64,000 nucleotides of DNA. Origin: Marsupella aquatica. Lineage: Eukaryota; Plantae; Marchantiophyta. The stretch is from NCBI GenBank assembly GCA_973895155.1, contig OZ316898.1, forward strand, positions 16,599,420-16,663,419, written 5' to 3'. Positions 51,401-64,000 of this stretch are shown here, piece after piece. The position numbers were made by a program, and so were the translations under genes. The notes under the pieces were generated by a model. That model did not search any database and had not been told where the DNA came from. It worked only from the letters and a program-made list of their open reading frames with translations. Within the stretch, counting starts at the first letter, position 1. Each line of letters opens with the position of its first letter.

Positions 51401-51435
51401 AATTTTGTCAGATGTTATATTGATGATATTGATGA

Positions 51436-52594
51436 TGCACACTGATGTTCAACAATTGATAGCTAAGTGTGTGGTTTGTGATCAAGTGCGAGCATCGTTC
51501 AATGCTCCCACTCCCAGTTGCATCCGTTGCCGATCATGGGTTTGGGATATTGATGGAGATTGGACTTTGCTGGTCTATTGCCTCTTACCCAATGCCATAA
51601 TCGGTATGTTTTGGTTATGGTTACGGAGCACTTCTCCAAGTGGATTGAACTAGTGGCATTGCCAGATAAAGCTAGTGGAGGAGTGGCTACCACATTTTTG
51701 GATCGAGTATTCAGTCACTTTGGAGCATCAGCTGAGGTGTTCACTGATCAAGGCACAAAATTCCATGGAGATTTTGAGGGTTTGTGTGAGCAAGCTCTGA
51801 TTGATCATCGTACTACTTCTCGCAATCATCCTAAGGCAGATGGATTGGCAGAGAGAGTTGTACAAACTGTGAAGAGAGGATTGCATAAGTATGGCTTGCA
51901 GGTTGGTCATTTGGGAGATTGGGATTTCCAACTACCTTGGTTAGCTATGGGCTACCATTTCAGTCGACAAACATCACTTGCATCCTTCTCACCTTATTTC
52001 TTGCTCTATGGTAGAGAGCCAGATTTGCCAGCGGCTATTCGTTGTGATGTTTGGATGATCCAGATGTTTGGGTCAAGGTTTGTTCAAAGAGGGCATGAGT
52101 TTTTGAGAGAGTCATGCCCATGGCCTTTGACAACCTTGCTATTGTCCAACATCGTAATACTTTGCGGTATGCTACTATTCGTGGAGGAGGTTATCGCACG
52201 AGGATTAGAAGATTTCATCATTGCGATTTATTATGTTTATTTGCAGCAGACAGCACCAACGACGCTTGATGTGACCGTAGGGCGGACAATCTTACGTGTG
52301 CGTGAAGTGTTGCCTTCTGGAGTCCTTATGTTGGAAGGGCATGATGGTATGGTTTGGAAGGATCATGTGCGTAATTGTGCGCCATGTCATCTTCCAAACG
52401 TTGATGGTACTATGGATCCAAGCTTGGCACATGTTTGTGCTAGCTTGAAGTGTATGTTGTGTGGGTCTGCTCAAGGAGCAGCTACTATGTTGATTTATGA
52501 TCGGTGTTCTAGAGGATGGTACATGTCATGTTTGACACGGTCACCCTTGCACATGATTCCTAGTGGATCATGGTTGTGTCCTCAACGTCGGTGA
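51436..52594 (+). pseudogene. Ty3/gypsy integrase (5'-truncated) with C-terminal PHD finger
   Basis: Zn-finger end CVVCDQ; core DFAG...EHFSKWIE...TDQG..F...PKADGLAERVVQTVK; SPYFLLYGREP; PHD-like CMLC...MLIYDRCSRGWYMSCL...IPSGSWLCP. Confidence 0.9.
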
Positions 52595-52769
52595 TGCCGA
52601 CTAGTTATCATTTGTGTTCTTGTGGAAGATATATATTGCAGGTAGGTGATTGATGGGGCTCACTTGCACCCGGCCTCCTTATCTTCATGCCTAAAAAGGT
52701 GTATATCAACCTTGTAGAACTCATGGCTAGCTAGAGTTAGGGGACCTCACTCACAGCTAGGGGGGCAAT

Positions 52770-53376
52770 TGTGGGTTTTGGGCATGTATGGACATGGGTT
52801 CCATTTGTAGATCATTCTCTTAGGTTTGTGTCGTTAGATTGTGACTATGCTTGGATATGTGTGACAAGCGATGTATGTTGTGTAGCGATGTGTATGCGCA
52901 CGACAACTGTCACACCATTTAGAGTGGTAGTAAAGTATAGCGTACTATCTAGGTATAGAGGTTTTGTATGTGTGCTATATGAGCATTGTGTGTTTAGTTT
53001 GAGTTGGTGTGAGGGATAGTTATCCCCTTGTGTTGGCTCAAAAGCCTCATCTTTCAATGTTGAGCCTTTGAGCATGAGCTTGGTGGCTATGGTGTGGCTG
53101 ACCAGGTTGTGTGCATGTAACGTGGATTCCTTGAAGCACAAGGTGCGTTGGGCTTGACATACATGTGTGATCGCGTCGAACGGGATTGTTGTTGGATTAG
53201 CACCGATCGTTGTTCGATTTGCACTATTGAATAAGATTATTGTGGGTTTTGGGCATGTATGGACATGGGTTCCATTTGTAGATCATTCTCTTAAGTTTGT
53301 GTTGTTAGATTGTGACTATGCTTGGATATGTGTGACAAACGATGTATGTTGTGTAGCGATGTGTATGCGCACGACA
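52770..53376 (+). repeat. 3' LTR of the gypsy element (TG...CA) preceded by a polypurine tract
   Basis: PPT-like TAGGGGGGCAAT immediately before TGTGGG at 52770; ends ACGACA at 53376; the 136-bp block 52770..52905 is repeated at 53241..53376. Confidence 0.65.
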
Positions 53377-54847
53377 CCTCCCATTATGGGGCCCTCCCTT
53401 GCACGCCTCCACCCTCGCCTGGCTCGCCTCAGAAGAACCAAGTTCATAGCAGTATAATGAAGGCAGACCTTGTAAGAAGGGTTTGATAAGAGGGAACCTC
53501 CAGTAGGAGCCATGTCACCATAATCCAGACAGATGGGTTTACTGTGTAGGCAGCTGGTCCCTGGGGATTGGTCCAAGTGCAGCTCTAAGTCTACCATGGT
53601 TAGCAGGTAGGGGACCGCAACATAAGGGCACCACACGTGGATGTCATGGGTACCAGAGTCATCTTTTCGGGCCCTTTTGGCCCACTGAAAGAGGTTTCGG
53701 CCCACTGAAAGAGGTTTCGGCCCTTAACTTGCTTGCACGTACCTCAGAAGTCTTGAACTGAACGGCCCGAAGGGGAGAGAATGATGCAGCAGCTTTACGT
53801 CATTGGAATTCAGCTCAAGCGAATCGAGGATGGGTACAGTACTGTACAGGAGATGGTACGAATTGGTAGGTTCACATTGGTTGCTTCGTCGTCCAGCCTT
53901 GTAGTGGTGCAGAGTTGTACTCTAATGTGAAGGGAGGCTGATCAGTTGATGACTCCTGAGTACTGAGTCGGAGACGGGGAGCCATACGGTACTGGCAGGG
54001 TGGCAGCGATGCTCTCTTAAAATGAGATTTGCTCCGTGAGTAATGCCCCGTTTGACCGATGTGTCCTGGGATGTGTTTTGGTCAATCGGACTGAATGAAG
54101 GAACAGGACTCGAGAAGGACCTGTGGAGGAGGAAGAAGTGGGAATGACAGAATGAGGCTGGGCGACAAATGGTCTAGAGAGGTCTTTATACAGTAGTAGT
54201 ATTGGCAGTCAGAAGCTGGACTGTTGCTGGCCTACCCTTTCTTTTTAGTGGCTGGACTGCCGGATTGGAGTGCAGGGTCTTTGCACAGGTTGCGGCGGGG
54301 GAGGGGAGGGAAGGGAAGGAAGAAATTCACTATTTTGGAGGCGGCAGGGAGACCGAGGAGGTGCAAGGCAGTATGGAACGAAGACTATGCTATAAGTCAC
54401 GGTGAAGTTGCAGCACAACTCCCTACACCGGAATAAAGAGAAACATGGTGTCCTCCAGCAACAGATCCGAGGATGTTGTTGGAGCAGAAGGAGAAATCAC
54501 TGCTGTTTTGTTGTCGTCGATGCAGCTTCTCGCCAGTAAGAATATTACCAATCTCGCCGCCCTGGCTGCCGATTGCACACTCCCTGTGCGAATCCTCATG
54601 AAGTATGGACAGAGTCACCGTCAGGATTCCGATCCCTGGTACCATGGCTTTGTCATCTGATAGCTTAATTGATATTGACTGACTCTGTTATCAATTTTCC
54701 TGGATGCTAGAACTCAGAAGTGGCAGAAGTAGAAGAGGAAGAGGGGCTGGGGCTGGGGTAGGAGAAAGTGGGAGAGGATCACAAACCTGGGAGGTGTTCG
54801 CTAAGTAGCAGCCTGGCTACGACCAGCTGCCTTGCAATCTGTTCAGG

Positions 54848-55430
54848 ATGGCCCCGAATATTGCTCTCGAGGCAACACACGATGGGGGGCCCAAGCGCCC
54901 ACAAATCACCTCCACCTCAGAGGCCAAGGTGTGGTCGGCCATTAATAAGCTCAACGACTGTACTTCTCGGAGCCCTGAGAAGTCTATAGATGAGGTGCTG
55001 CCAGAGGCTATGCTGATGGAAATTCTCTCTCGGCTTCCGGATGCGTGGGATTTAGCCAATTGCGCCGCCGTGAGCAAGATCTTCCAATCTACTTACGGAC
55101 ATGTAAAGGTGGTCCGCTTCCTGTATAAACGTGAAGAATCTCGCCGCAAAGGGGAGCCCTCAATGCCGTTCAAGGAGACCGTGTCGAGAACCATAAAGCA
55201 CCTCACGAGTGTGGAAAACTTGCGGCTGGAAATCGAGGATGCAATGCAGGCCAGTAGGTATAAGGAGGAAGATTGTCATGACAGATCCAGCCTGTGGCTC
55301 AGCCAGGAGTCTTTCATCCGCCAGTGGTTACCCTGTGTGAGTAAAACGCTTCAGACTCTCACTGTCATTGACTTTGGGCAGCAGGCTATCTTCCAGGCGA
55401 CACCCCTTCTGCGAAGTCTGGCCGCTGGAT
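54848..55430 (+). CDS. F-box/LRR-repeat protein (At4g29420-like), exon 1
   Basis: F-box LPEAMLMEILSRLPDAWDLANCAAVSK; PFKETV...LWLSQESFIRQWLPCV...LTVIDF; phase-1 donor GGAT|GTAAGT at 55430; no lesions. Confidence 0.92.
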
Positions 55431-56552
55431 GTAAGTCAGTTTCTTCGCAGTTCCTTTCCTTCGCTTCGTTCCATTGCGTTTCGTTTTGATCGCAAATGAC
55501 ATCCCAAAGCATGGCCAGCTCTTCTCATGGTAGGTTCGCATCCGCAAAGCATGATCAGTTTCTTGCTTCTAAGTTTCGTTTGCATGCATGAAATATGATC
55601 TGTCCTTCTCTAGTCATATGTGCATCCACGGAAAAATAGCAGACTTTCTCATAAAAATTCATGTGCATCGAAACTAGAGTCTCGGCCACATATGGAAGTC
55701 AACCCGGCCTAAACTCCTCTCCAGGGTGACAATCCCAGGAATCATATCATGATCCATTCTGGAGCATCTGCACCATCAAAACATTAGTGTTGTTTCATGT
55801 TGTGTCCAGCAAGTGTTATGTGGAGATATCAAAACATAAGTGAGCTCAGGAACAGAGTCACTCCAGCACCTCTCCCAGGGCAATGATCCCGGACTGGACG
55901 TACCCTCGTTACTACAGGCTCATCCGGCCGAAGGCCCTCTTTACTACATCCTGATCCGGCCTGAGGAAGTGTTGACAACCACCGCTTTTTGTAATGACAC
56001 AGCTTGGAACTTTGGCATAACTTAGTTCGATAGCTGACGTCTTCTCAGTCAGCCCATTGCAATCAATCGGCCTTTAAAAGGTTTAGTGGCCTCATCCAAA
56101 GTTGGTCCACCCTGCCTGATACGAGTTTTTTGTCGGTTCATGATGCTTCGAATCCGAGCAAAGCTTTCCCGGGCTATTTCCGTGTGACTCAAGTTACTCT
56201 GGGGATCTGGTTGTATAAGCTGTCACCCAATAGATCTCGGAGGGGACTCCGGTACGGAGTTTTTGCATAAAGAACCTCTGTAAGCACGGAATGGTTTGGA
56301 GTTAGGTCAGCTCTCTATTGGCAACCTACAGTAGAAGGTTAAAATTATAAATATGGGCGGGTTAGGGTGAGGGTCTGTTCTCAGCAATAGGCAAGTTTCC
56401 TGATTATTTGTGGAGCTGCTGTGAGGACAGATGCGAGTAAGAGGGGTAGTTTTACTTTTCGTGTCGTGAGCTGAGTGGGATGTCCGGCCTGCCTGCCTGC
56501 TTGAGATGGGTGTAGAGAATGACAGAAGGAAATGTGTTGTATGTGTGGGTAG

Positions 56553-57502
56553 GCAAACAGCTGAAGACACTGGAGCTCCGAAACATGTATCTGGATTGCA
56601 GAAAGCTTGGTGACATAGGCAAGCTGACCAAATTGACGACGTTGACTCTACGGTGCGTGAAATTGACGGATACAGGATTGTCAGATCTCAACAAGTGTAT
56701 GCCCAACTTGGAAATTTTAACGTTAGTCACAGTGGTGGGTCTGAGAAAGGCAGAGTTCAAGTCGGATAGCCTGCAAGTGTTGTGTTTGGGCCTGGCCACG
56801 AAAGTGAAGTCAGTAAAACTCGTTGTGAAACACCTCAAGAAATTACAGCTTAAGATGTCGTGTCCAGACAAACTTACAGTGGAAGCGCCGGACCTGGAGT
56901 GTCTGGCAGTGTGCATGGACAAGCGTGAGAAGACCGAGGTGGAATTCCAAAATGTTAGGCTATTGAAAGAGCTTCTCATGGGGGCATCAGAGTTCACCAC
57001 GCTGACCAACTTGAGCTCCTCCAACCCGTTCTTAGAGAAGGTGTTTTTGGATGTGCCGTGCATGGCATTTGAAGACAGCGGGCTGTGGAAAGGAGTACTT
57101 CAGAACGTACCCCTAGCAATTCCGAAAATGGAAGATATCCGAAGTTGTTGTCCGAACTTGCAAACATTGAGCGTTGGTCCTGGATTGTGGTATGCTTTGG
57201 AGGAGGAGCACAAGGATGTTTTGAGCCCGAGGAACGACATTGTGCTCATGGAGCGTCTCAAGTGGCCCACTCTCAGGCGCCTCATTGTGCACTTAATCGT
57301 ACAGAAAATTGAGAACAGCATGGGTTTGCTAACGGCGCTTGTTAGGGCTCTACCCACGCTCACTTTGCTAGAAGTTTACGTGCACAAGGACAGTAAGGTG
57401 GATTTCCAGGACTTCAACCAGATGAGGGACCAATTTCCCCAGGTCGAGCTTAAGTGCGACAGCTGGAAGAAAGGCTTGAGATTCGAGTGCTTCAGCTTTT
57501 AG
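56553..57502 (+). CDS. F-box/LRR-repeat protein (At4g29420-like), exon 2 (LRRs); spliced protein 510 aa
   Basis: Acceptor GTAG at 56552 restores frame (T|GC AAA = C K); 583+950 = 1533 nt; LxxLxL repeats to TAG at 57502. Confidence 0.92.
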
Positions 57503-60500
57503 CTTCGGCTTTAGCTTTTAGTGCTCTGCGAATTCCTGCATTCTCTTTACATTATCTTTACGGATTCTTCTTACAGCATTTTCTTGACTCTAATCTCCTC
57601 CTCTGGACTGGAACACCGTTTCGATTTCTTATTGGCATGGGTTCATTTTCTCGTCCTGTAGCACAACTCCTTGGACTGTTGCTACTGTGAATGTCAATCG
57701 CGAACTTCTCAAGAGGAGATGGCTCGTAGTATTTTCTGAGTTTCCTCCCTTGACAAGGCAACTAGAGAGATCCAAAACTCAGTCCTCTGATGCCCTTCAT
57801 TTTTGCTGAGAGAAGCTAACGAAGCCTGAGGAGGTCTAGCTCATCGACGTCCATCTCGTTGATGTGGGACGCAATGTGACTGCCTGTTTACCTCTCTCGT
57901 TACGGTACCACAGCTCGCCATCTGTCATTGACTTTGTCATGCTCAGGTGTTTTTCAGTAACTATGGTGTATAAATTGTGGATCAAGTCTGCTAAAGATTT
58001 TAAGTTTGATGTGTCTAGCAGTTGGTCCTGAGGATGAGGCGTAGTTGAACTGTAATCTACTTCTCTTGCTATATTTAGAAGTTTGTGAGAGACGTTGCTT
58101 GTCTCGGCATGTCTGATCACGTCAGAGCTTTCGCTGAAGGTTATCAGTTTTTACCTGCTCGAAAAGCAGGTTAGTGGAAAGTTGTGACTTAAATTCACGT
58201 GAAGAGGCCATGTCTCCCATGTCCCCTGTATATATAAGTACTGCAATATATATGCAAAATATACGTAGGGCAAGTGCCTGTGAATACGCTTAGTATCTAT
58301 GGAAGATTCCACTATGATTACAGTATATTTCCTTGGGACGCAGTGTCGCGGTGCTAAATAATGCAGGTACAAAGATAGTGATTAGAAATCTTATCTTCTT
58401 TCAACCTGCCCTCCTTTTGGGGATTTATTATCGTATGATTTTTAATTTTACGTTTTTTGCCTGTATTCAATTGCCCCAACCGGCAAAAATATTGATAACG
58501 ATTTCATGTTATATGACTTATACGTATCTCATGAATCCAATTTTTCAATTTTTGACTTGTGATATCTAGTCTATCTGCTTGCACGTTGATGTATGCGTTC
58601 TTTGCCTGTGTGGAAGTGCTGGATATAGTGGACTGTGTATGAGAATTATTCTGTCTTCTTGGAGTGGCTGTGCCATTCATGTGCTGTTTATGTGTCCTTC
58701 ATGGTTTTGCCATAATTGGGATTCTTGGTTGTATGTTTTATTCATCAAGATAGTTACTTTTCGTAACCGAATGGAACATTGCTATCTAGCTTGGTTCGGT
58801 TTGATATGCTGCTGCGTGGCCTCTTGCAGCTTCTTTGCTCTGGTAAGAAAAGTAAAAGAGCGACTCTCTATGGGCTGGTATGGGCTAGAGAAGGCCCCTC
58901 CTGCCCTTGGATCTGTCTTAGCAACTCCGAGCACTCCCGCATGTCACCAAACGCTTTGAATTGGCAAGATTATATCGTTGGTCTTAAACCTGCAGATACG
59001 CTGTAGGTGACCCGATGTAGCATTACAAGTGGAGTTTACACCACAGCAAATTGAAGCTCTTGAGAAATGTGGAGGCAGGAGTTGTGATGTGTGTTTTCAA
59101 ATCGATCGAGTAGGTGCATAGATGTGTAGCTCATTTCTGGTTTCTTAGATGATTTTCCTCTCTCGGTTGAGTACATTGGCCAGTTAATTTGATATCATGC
59201 TTTGTGAGGCCCATAGTTTCTTGTAAACTATTATTTTGACTCCTAGATTAGTTCTATAAAATCAGGGAAAGTTTCGTCTGTACCTTTTTCAAATTGTTGC
59301 GGGTTACAGAGATTTTTGCGGATTGCTTCAACGAAAGCTTAACCGACATGATGTATCTGCCTCCGTGTTTGTGCAGTATGAAGGTGCAGAAAGTTGAAAT
59401 TGTGCAACAGGAAATGCAGAAAGTTGCTACTGATAGTCTCTACCTTGTCGTGGAGTCTGGCTGCTCCTGAAAGCTATGCAGCTTCCTTTTTGAACCTGAT
59501 GTCCAAGATGTATATTTGTAGCAGGATAAGCTTCGTGACAATTATCAGGGTGCTGAATTCGACATGACGATGTCAGTGCAGGACTCCTCACGTGGAATGC
59601 TGAAGTGTACTTATTGCCATTTCAGGCGAGAAGTTTCGAAGTTCACTAGTCTCGATTCCATACTATTGAGTTACTCACTGAAAAAATGTCTCCTCCACAT
59701 CCAGCGCGGGCACTTTGAACAACTGTTCATACTGATCTCTATCCGCTAGTGACTGACGTGCGCGTCACGCACAGGGTAACTGAATCTGGCCTTCTCCTCA
59801 TTTTGGAAAGGAATGGCCTTCCTACAATTAGGGTTTGGATGGAGTTTATTATATAGAATTATGTCGGTGGTGATCTTCGACAAAAAGACAGCTGAACCAG
59901 ATATGCGTAAACCGCAACTGCCCATATGAAAAAGTCGTTTCCCCTGCCCGGGATGCACATCATTATGCATGATCAAACGCTTGAGTTCACAGCACCCAGC
60001 CAGTCATTCCACACTTAGCGCATGCACTCCTGCACAGCCAACCACCACCTCATCTTGCCCCTCTATGTGCAGCCACGTCACCTTGTCAGGATTTGGTCTC
60101 ATGATGGCCAGATTACAACCTAGTGTGATAGCGAGTGAACTTGTAACACACCTTGGAGAATTTTCAGTTATAGTCTCCCTAGCAGCTGCCCACAGTGACT
60201 GCCACATTGCTGCACAGCCATCACCAAATTAGACTTCTACAGCGAGTGCTCTGGGTAGTACCCCAGCACCTGCCCACAGTGCTACCCTGCCATCACCAAC
60301 CAATCAGAACTCTATCATGAGAGCTATGGGTAACCCCGAAGCTTTCATAGGGGCAGTTGTGGATTAAATGACTGCAAACACTCATTAGATTGGACCAAAA
60401 TTGATCGTCATGCGGGTAGTTGCGGATTAAATGATACACCGTTTTGCGTCATATATCTTAAACATTTAGCAAAATTTGGATTTCTCGAGTCTTTTCGCAA

Positions 60501-61014
60501 GCTCGCATATACATTTAACAAAATTTGGATTTCTCAAGTCTTGTCTCAAGCTCTCATCTACTTGAGTAAGATAGATCGGATAGATCTAAAGCGAGACCCA
60601 AATGGTCAACCAAAAATGTTCTGTTTGGACAAAATTATGTGTTGCACCTTTCATTATCAAGCATGTTGTGGCTGCACTTCCTTACTTCATCATATAGTCA
60701 TGATAGTTCTGGGCACTCGACTCTCCTGCAGTATTGGCTTTCTCAACTCTTTTGAAAAGCTATCATCAAGGCAAGTAAGATCACTTTGAAGTGCACCCCA
60801 AACATGAAGTTGGAGAAATATACAGAGAGGACCTCTAAACTTTTAAAAATCTCCTGATGGACCAAATATGGATTTTGTCTCCTAGTGGACTTCTGAGCCC
60901 ATCAGAGGTTTTATTTAATCTCAAAAAATTCTTATAACACAATCCATGGGTCCTTATAACTTGAAAAAAACAATGTGAAACGAGGATATTCTACAGTTGT
61001 TGGGTGTCCGACCG

Positions 61015-61444
61015 TGTTGCAATTGCATTGGACTACAACCCTAGTGTCAAGTGAACCATTTGCTATGCGACTCCAACAAAATCCAAAATGTTGTAGTTGA
61101 AACTTGTATACATTGACAACAATGTATATACATAGTTAGAGGACTAGGGTTGAGGGCAAACCATAGCATTTGTGCATAAACTAAAAATGGATTTGTGCAT
61201 ATATTGAACTGAATAGAATACATTAGTTTTGCAATTTTGTGGGTCTTAGTAAAATTGCAAAAATAACCGCGGATTGCCCCAATGATGTTTTTTGGCCACT
61301 CCTTCATTGAAGTTTGCATATCTTCAAGGGAAGCACTAGCAAAAGCATGAGCAAGAATAGCAAGAACAAGTAGCATGAGAAAATGTCAAAAAATGAAACT
61401 AAAACAACAAGAACAAAAGGAATGTAATCTCCAATTGAATCACA
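61015..61444 (-). repeat. Probable 3' LTR of the copia element
   Basis: Minus-strand PPT TTGAGGGAGAAGT directly precedes TGTGATT at 61444; plausible end ...GCAACA at 61015 (left boundary less certain). Confidence 0.55.
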
Positions 61445-64000
61445 ACTTCTCCCTCAAGTGTTAATATATAGTCATTTTCTGGGATTTCCACAGGACTTGG
61501 TATGGGTATCACTTATGGTATTGCAGGTGATATTGTTGTGGTTGTTTTTCTTTGCCTTGGTTGGGTATCTTTAGATCCCAAATGATGTCCATGTTTTGCT
61601 CTTGGTGGATGGCCTGTGGCAAGTTGTGTGAATTCTTGCAAGCGTGCAGGAGCATTTGCGGCAGGTATATGTGATCTCATCACCTGCGCAATATCGGTAA
61701 ATGCGTCTGGCATTTGCTCCACAGTTTTTTGTCAATTGTAATATCTTGCAGACTTCTTCTTCGCATATGTCGTTCCATATAGTGGACTGGGTTTGCCATC
61801 GTAATTCTAAGTTACAAGGTCTTTCAAATTGTGGTTTCCCTTCGAACAGTTTGGGGAAAATGTTCTCATAAAAATGACAGTTAGGGAACCTCGCTTGAAA
61901 GACATCGGCAGTTGATGGTTCTAAGTACCTGATTATGGATGGTGACTCGAAACCAACATATATGTCTTTTTGTCTTTGAGGTCCCATCTTAGTACATTTG
62001 GGTCTCATTATGGGGACTAGTACTTGGCAACCAAAAGTTTTAACGTGGGATAAGTTAGGGTCTACTCCAAAAGCTAAGTGGTGTGGAGTTTGGTTGTTGT
62101 ACGCTGATGGGCGATATTTAAGTAAAGTTGTTGCATGTAGTACAACGTGACCCTAGGCAATTGTGGGCAACTGCGTTTGCATAAGCATGGGTCTTGCTAT
62201 CAACTGTATTCTCTTAATGACGGGTTCTTCTTCTTGACCAAATTTATAACTTGCATTAGCAGATTTATTGTGAATAGTTTCTCTGATTAAACTATTGCGT
62301 CTGCATAAGCATGGGTCTTGCTATCATCTGTATTCTCTTAACGACGGATTCACCAATGCCATTTTTGGAAATGGACGTGAGGTACAGGGTATTGAGTGTC
62401 TATCCCTGTAGCCATGCAAAAATCTTTGAATGTTTTTGAAGTGAATTCGCCTGCATTATCAACCCTAATCATCTTGATAGGGTTTTAAGGGAATTGGGCT
62501 TTTAGCTTTAAGATGTGTGCTAAAAGTCTTGGAAAAACCATGTTGCGTGTGGAAAGCAACGAAACTTGTGACCATTTTGAGGATGCGTCAATAATGACTA
62601 GAAAAAATCAAAATGGTCCGTTTGGTGGTTCAATAGGGCCACATACGTCTGCATGCACTCGTTCCAAGAATCTAGGCATTTCATGGATGGTCTTGGAAAG
62701 AAGGTCTAAGTATTAATTTTCCTTGAGAACATGCCATGCAAGACTGATTTTGATTCGTTGGACATGCATTTTGTGGTATTCCGTGGGTTACTCTTTTCAT
62801 CTTTTGAAAGATGGTCATATAGTGACATCTCATGTGTAGTGGAATGAAAAGCATTCAATTGTGTGACATGGAAACCCAACTGATATGCAAAAAGTGTTTC
62901 TTTTATATTCATTCCATCATAAGTATTCTGTAAAATATGAATTACTTCCTGGTTCTTATCTATGTTGGTGTGGATATGGTATCTGTTATCTCTAATGTCC
63001 TTGAAACTAATTAAGTTCCTTGTGGCATTAGGTGCGTAGATGGCGGATTTAATGTGGATAGTGGTGCCCTGAGGTAACATGATGGTGGTGGGTCCGTTAC
63101 CTTCTTCTATCTGGTACTCCCCATAATAGTGGTCATATTTCTGTGGGAGGGAGTAATATGCGTGAAATCTTTAGGACGTGCCGCTATCTACTATGCAAGT
63201 CCTAATGTCATCCAAGGGTAAGGAATCTTGCTGATGTGTAATCATATGTGTCTCAGGGATGGCTTCATCGTGGGTGTAGTTTTCTAGATGCTCATCCTGC
63301 TCTACAAAGGTGCCATGTGCCTCTTGAGTTTTGCTATTTCTATTCTGTTGGTTTAATTCTACTAGGTGTGCAGGTATGCAACATAATTTCTGTGGATGCC
63401 CCTTGGTGCCACATCGAAAGCATTCCACGGGTCTTCCTGGGTACTGTCAAGAAGAGCTGCCCTGTTGGGCTGGTCTTCCTGGTCTTCTCGTTCCTCCATA
63501 GGTGTAGGTGAAGGTCGATCTTCCTCATCTGCGGCTTCCTCCATTTCCACGGCCTCTGCCTCTCCCCTAAGGTAGGTTGATCTTTTGCCTCCAAACTGTC
63601 TGCCTCCTTTGAAGGCTAATCGCCGTCCTCTGCCGTTGTGGCTAAAGTCGCCCCGTTGTCCTCCTCTATTGCTAGAGGGCATGCCGAAGTTTGTCTTGGT
63701 GGTTGGGGGTGGTGGTAGGGCTCCCAGGGTCGCATCTTTGAGTTCTTCAATAGTAACTCTTGATGCCTTTCGGCTAGTAACATGTGAGCTATAAGTTTAG
63801 AGTATTTGATGAACTTCATGTTTCTATATTGTGATGACAATATGATGTTGCTCGAGTGAAACGTAGAAAGTGTCTTTTCTATCTGCTCTTTGTCATTGAC
63901 TGGTTGGCTGCACAGGGCCAACTGTGACGTGATGCAGAATAGTTCACTGTTATAGTTCACTATGGATGTATGGTCTTGGACTCGGAGGTTAACCCAGTCA
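61015..64000 (-). mobile_element. Ty1/copia retrotransposon, Bianca-like lineage, degenerate, lacking RT-RNase H; runs off the right edge
   Basis: gag YNSELFCITSQLALC...EKTLSTFHSSNIILSSQYR; knuckle CFRCGTKGH; protease CIVDSGT; RNLISFKDIR; integrase; KMGPQR..IYVGFESPSIIRYLEP; QMPDAFTD...SHIPAANAPAR; then directly the PPT. Confidence 0.9.

Noticed and set aside
53681-53723. 20-bp tandem duplication CCCACTGAAAGAGGTTTCGG upstream of the F-box gene (similar short duplications at 22043..22140 and 24390..24472)
   Set aside because: Ordinary slippage/repair duplications with no evidence of function.
57503-60900. Short ORFs downstream of the F-box gene
   Set aside because: No domain similarity or consistent exon chain; likely 3' UTR, introns or intergenic DNA.

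Overview
Eukaryotic, intron-containing plant DNA, most consistent with an early-diverging land plant (bryophyte/lycophyte-like; inferred from the transposon families). About 85% is nested, decaying transposons, with one intact host gene: an F-box/LRR gene of the At4g29420 type (exons 54848..55430 and 56553..57502). The nest can be unpicked base by base from TIRs and TSDs. An old minus-strand ParB/Srx-like gene, divergently paired with a GCM-type MULE-like transposase relic, was split by a 12.1-kb non-autonomous CACTA (13212..25329, TSD GAT, carrying 83-bp and ~580-bp tandem arrays) and by a 21.1-kb hAT (26815..47893, 8-bp TSD). The hAT carries its transposase plus a convergent kinase/coiled-coil/RING-H2 cargo gene. 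Inside that RING sits a 9.7-kb CACTA (33835..43533, TSD ATC) encoding TnpD, a divergently transcribed TnpA-like gene and a complete SET-domain exon lying in the first intron of the transposase, apparently sharing the transposase's first exon. This SET-carrying CACTA is the best candidate for an undescribed system. Also present are five ~0.3-kb MITEs with 8-bp TSDs, a gypsy gag relic, a PHD-tailed gypsy integrase with PPT/LTR, and a Bianca-type copia lacking RT-RNase H. All protein-family calls are motif recognition by eye; no database searches were run.
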